Of a DNA stretch of 64,000 nt, positions 62,376-64,000 are shown piece after piece. The position numbers were made by a program, and so were the translations under genes. The DNA comes from Trichosphaerium sp. ATCC 40318. Its lineage: Eukaryota > Protista > Tubulinea. The DNA is taken from NCBI GenBank assembly GCA_038496445.1, contig JALMLS010000516.1, positions 62,001 to 126,000 of the forward strand, written 5' to 3'. The notes below the pieces were generated by a model. The model saw only the letters and a program-made list of their open reading frames with translations, did not search any database and was not told where the DNA came from. Position 1 is the stretch's first letter. Each line of letters starts with the position of its first letter.

Positions 62376-63630
62376 TGTTTTTATGAGTTGTTGTTTGTTG
62401 TTTGGGTGGATGGTGAGAAATGAACGCATTTTAAGCAAGATTAAGTCATTACCATGTCACCTTTCTCCGTTTTGAGAGTACTGACAACCACGGAAACTTG
62501 TGGTGAGTAGGTGTTTATACATCAAAGGTAAAAGTAAAGGTAAAAACCAAGATAAAATTTGCGTTCGTCCGTTTAATGTTCGTTCAACAATTGTGAGTGT
62601 GCTCTTTTGGCTAACGATGAACTAGTCTACTAACAGAATAATAACAAGGCACGTTTTGGTGAAGGGCAAAAAAAAACGTGATAAAGCTCACCAAACTTGC
62701 GTAATTCAACTTGTTTCAGGGTTACTGCTATAGGAGAAACCATGTCAATAAGCAAAACGTGGATGACATTTTGTGAGAGCTGACAATAATGTTATGATAA
62801 CAGAAATGTTTATTGACTTGCAGTCAATAATCTGCGAATGTCATATTCCTTGCCATGGGACTTGGTTGCAGATCTAGTACATACCTCCACGCCAATACCA
62901 TCCTTCTTCCACTACAATTATCTAAGGGTTACAGTACAAAATTTCGTATTGGAATAGTTGTAGACATGAATTATCCACAGTTGAACGCTAAAATCAGTGC
63001 ATTACTATATAAGGCTTTTGACGTTGTTGAGCATGTACTTGTTTGTAAACACAAGGAACTTTTAAACAAATAGTAAGCGCTGCGGTGTACCAGTGCATTT
63101 AGTTCCACTAGCAATTCGTAAGTAATATATTAATACTTGTTTCAACACTATGATGATTCTGGTATACTTTGAACGAAAACAGAAAAGAAAAACGTGGAGT
63201 GCTTGTGGCATGTACAAAGACATTAGGTTGAAGTTCAACTGTCAGCGGAAAAATTGGCGGAAACAGAAACTGTTAAAATCTGAACTTTGACCCTAAATAT
63301 CCGAAAAGTGTAATTTTTGCCCAAAAAAGGTATCTTGGAGTTGGTGTGACGTTTTATGCTGTCATCCTATTTGTGTATTGTTGATCAATGCGTTGCCCAT
63401 TTGAAAATCGCCTGGTGTTCCTGCCAGAACAGTAGTACCAGGCTGTCCAATTGTAAAGAACAATCTTTGGCATTTTCCAGTGGCTCAAATAGCGATGTAT
63501 GACGTTGTGGTGTTCTTTGAATAACAACCGTTGAGTTCGTTGCGTTTGCTGACGAATTCGTTACTTTTTGAGATTCGTTTGACTTTTCCGACTAAAAGTG
63601 GCGTAAGCATAAAAACATTTATAAGAAGCT

Positions 63631-64000
63631 ATGACATCTCTTGTTTACGCATTGCTGCCCTTAGTTGTTCTATTGGGTGTTAATGCCGTTTGTCCTGGAC
63701 AATACTTTGGTACTCCACCTGCAAACCACTCACCAATACCTACAATCGCGCAGTACAATGCTCTTTTGGAGAATATTGACATAAAAGCCATAATGACCGA
63801 TATTACCGCTCTTTTTACTGAATCTCAAGACTGTTGGCCTGCTGATGACTTTGATGGCTTCCAAACTTACGGTCCTTTTTTTATTCGCTTAGCATGGCAT
63901 TGTTCTGGTTCTTTCAGGGACACTGATGGCGCTGGTGGTTGTGGCGGCGGTAGACAACGTTTTGAACCCGAAAGAAGTTGGGACGACAACACTAACTTAG
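63631..64000 (+). CDS. katG: Secreted catalase-peroxidase (5' part)
   Basis: Signal peptide, then SQDCWPAD, YGPFFIRLAWHCSGSFR..DGAGGCGGGRQRFEPERSWDDNTNL. Confidence 0.95.
   Translation, partial: MTSLVYALLPLVVLLGVNAVCPGQYFGTPPANHSPIPTIAQYNALLENIDIKAIMTDITALFTESQDCWPADDFDGFQTYGPFFIRLAWHCSGSFRDTDGAGGCGGGRQRFEPERSWDDNTNL

Noticed and set aside
62500-63600. Possible gene upstream of katG (ORF 62855-63073 and minus-strand fragments)
   Set aside because: No recognisable motif or consistent exon chain could be built.
1-64000. tRNA, rRNA, CRISPR arrays, U12-type introns, repeated introner-like introns
   Set aside because: No T-loop/cloverleaf, rRNA motif, spaced repeat, RTATCCTT donor or near-identical intron pair was seen by eye.

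Overview
Gene-dense, AT-rich eukaryotic DNA, probably from a protist (amoeba-like; the taxon is inferred, not shown). I read about 30 protein-coding loci, most broken by many short (~35-70 nt) spliceosomal introns, so most entries in the ORF track are exon fragments. Recognisable products: at least 9 F-box proteins (3 F-box/LRR, 1 F-box/WD40, 2 F-box/SNF2, 3 others), a BTB protein, a Cys-less E2 variant, DONSON, a PH-domain protein, a GH16-like protein lacking catalytic residues, Gfo/Idh/MocA, AlkB, CBS, RCC1, lipase, START, a secreted KatG, one intact and two decayed MORN-variant genes, and two paralogues built from a ~75-aa W-rich repeat. Highlights: (1) about ten GC-AG introns, mostly GCACGT donors and often without the usual exonic AG, plus many AAG acceptors, which suggests an unusual splice-site code; (2) a 5'-truncated non-LTR-like insertion with a perfect 16-17 bp TSD, a three-way-junction 3' UTR and a sense-strand poly(T) tail; (3) a TATA-to-oligo(T) structured ncRNA candidate at ~45.4-45.7 kb; (4) the repeat-protein family, possibly mitochondrial; (5) three probable pseudo-enzymes. 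Gene models were spliced by eye, so ends are approximate.
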